Shown: piece by piece, positions 62,873-64,000 of the stretch | Layout: each line of letters opens with the position of its first letter | Numbering within the stretch: position 1 is the first letter of the stretch | Virus record (IMG/VR): IMGVR_UViG_3300047157_000073 | Span: 32,001-96,000 of that record | DNA length: 64,000 nt | From: a virus | Strand: one strand, 5' to 3' | Program-made: the position numbers and the translations under genes | The notes under the pieces: model-generated | Database searches by the model: none | What the model was told of the DNA's origin: nothing | Seen by the model: the letters and a program-made list of their open reading frames with translations, nothing else

Positions 62873-62891
62873 TATGAGAATGATTCTCATT
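62873..62891. promoter_or_regulatory. Fur-box-like palindrome
   Basis: TATGAGAATGATTCTCATT; a shortened variant ATGAGAA-A-TTCTCAT lies at 62838-62852. Confidence 0.65.
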
Positions 62892-62921
62892 TGACCCCCT
62901 AAAATAAGGCCAAATTAGGCC

Positions 62922-62950
62922 TTGACAATACTTGTTCCACCTGTCATAAT
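62922..62950 (+). promoter_or_regulatory. sigma70-type early promoter
   Basis: TTGACA-17 bp-(TGn)CATAAT-AGCTACAT; 3' part identical to the 16941 promoter. Confidence 0.8.
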
Positions 62951-62981
62951 AGCTACATAATCATAGAAAGAGAGAGGAAAT

Positions 62982-63480
62982 ATGAGAGAAAAAAATCTAA
63001 ATTTAAAACCAAGTGAAAATTTATATGTGACTACTTACGAAGACGGAGAAGTAGAATATATACCCTGTACACCAGATGAAATGAAAAAGAAGAAAAAAGA
63101 TTAAGAAATCTTGGAGTGAAATTCACTACCGAAATAAGAAATGACTTAATAAAATATATAGATTACAAGAACAGAGGAATATAGAGAGAAAAATATGAGA
63201 TACACAAGATTAACAGAAAAAGACAGAGAAATGATTGATTATGTCTTTTATAAGATAGTACAAAACCAGAATATGAAAATATAGAGTGTGGATACCCTTG
63301 GTATGATATTTCAGTATTTTCATGGAATGACTTAAAAATTCAGATAGATTCTGATTTATTGATAAGAAACTATACTGAATATCAAATTTTCACCCTTTGG
63401 CCGTGATAATTGACTTATCATTGATTCAAGGATGGTGAATGAGAACATGTAGATGGCCAAATGAATAACGATTATTCAAG
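62982..63480 (+). other. probable short early genes broken by sequence errors
   Basis: ATGs at 62982 and 63196 after GAGAGA-type RBS; frames close early. Confidence 0.35.
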
Positions 63481-63484
63481 ACTA

Positions 63485-63503
63485 AATGAGAATCATTCTC
63501 ATT
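63485..63503. promoter_or_regulatory. Fur-box-like 9-1-9 palindrome
   Basis: AATGAGAATCATTCTCATT, perfect, identical to 14260. Confidence 0.7.
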
Positions 63504-63522
63504 AACAACACCAAATTAACCC

Positions 63523-63552
63523 TTGACATATTCTGTATGGATATGTTAAGAT
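63523..63552 (+). promoter_or_regulatory. sigma70-type early promoter
   Basis: CCC-TTGACA-18 bp-(TGn)TAAGAT. Confidence 0.7.
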
Positions 63553-63583
63553 GGTCATGTAAATTAAATAAAAGAGGTAAATT

Positions 63584-63832
63584 ATGAAAGAGAGTATGAG
63601 AAAAGAAATAATGAGTATGGATTTATCAGAGTTAAATAGTCTGATAGATTTTATTCGTGATGTACAAGTGATGAATGCAAAGTCATCATTACAAGAAGGT
63701 CAACAAGTGTATGTAGTTCAAAAGACTAAAAGAGAGTTGGGTACACTTATCAAAATTAAACAAAAAAGATGTACAGTTGATATACAAGGTCGTAGATATT
63801 CTGTACCAATGTCAATGTTGGAGGTTGCTTAA
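63584..63832 (+). CDS. small early hypothetical protein (SH3/KOW-like C-terminal half)
   Basis: GAGG RBS; GQQVYV...G.LIKI..KRCTV....RYSVP. Confidence 0.65.
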   Translation: MKESMRKEIMSMDLSELNSLIDFIRDVQVMNAKSSLQEGQQVYVVQKTKRELGTLIKIKQKRCTVDIQGRRYSVPMSMLEVA

Positions 63833-63834
63833 TT

Positions 63835-64000
63835 ATGGGTGCTGTAAAAGGAATGATAATGGATGATGCTGAAAATATTCTAAATGTTACTGCTGATAAA
63901 CTAATTGGTGGTGACATATCAGAAGATGATGCACTAGAAATTTTAGATAACAATTTAGACACATTAGGAATGTTAGGATTTGATAACAAGTATGATGCCT
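63835..64000 (+). CDS. hypothetical protein, partial
   Basis: MGAVKGMIMDDAE..., open to the window end. Confidence 0.5.
   Translation, partial: MGAVKGMIMDDAENILNVTADKLIGGDISEDDALEILDNNLDTLGMLGFDNKYDA

Noticed and set aside
14260-63503. Repeated 19-mers as a CRISPR array or mobile-element ends
   Set aside because: Dispersed, no regular spacers, no cas or transposase gene; always promoter-associated
355-63989. Minus-strand ORFs in the six-frame track
   Set aside because: All are shadows of + strand genes, with no RBS or recognisable motifs
1-64000. tRNA, rRNA, introns or inteins
   Set aside because: No cloverleaf or T-loop signature noticed in the short intergenic gaps; gp43, nrdA, gp41 and gp23 have normal lengths

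Overview
64 kb of an AT-rich, T4-like myovirus genome of the marine pelagimyophage/cyanomyophage type, with essentially all genes on the + strand. The core set includes head genes (gp21, gp22, gp23), gp3, uvsY/uvsW/uvsX, gp55, gp47/46, gp45/44/62, regA, gp43, gp41, gp61 and nrdA/nrdB, under sigma70-type early promoters and TATAAATA late promoters. Many single-base frameshifts hit essential genes, so these are most likely long-read errors rather than pseudogenes. Accessory content includes an AlkB-like di-iron hydroxylase, seven 2OG-Fe(II) oxygenases, IscU, Hsp20, a VWA/CobS pair, a RimK-protease fusion, putative internal-head polyproteins and a putative spanin pair. The strongest leads are: (1) two C5-cytosine MTases whose motif X Asn is replaced by Arg, next to a CmoA-like carboxy-SAM synthase, predicting 5-carboxymethylcytosine DNA; (2) five near-perfect Fur-box-like 19-bp palindromes beside early promoters, suggesting host-iron sensing; (3) a late operon csgF-csgG-curlin-FecR-curlin-CHASE2 adenylate cyclase that looks like a trans-envelope signalling system; (4) enzymes carrying T4 capsid-targeting-like N-termini. 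Family assignments come from motif recognition by eye; no searches were run.
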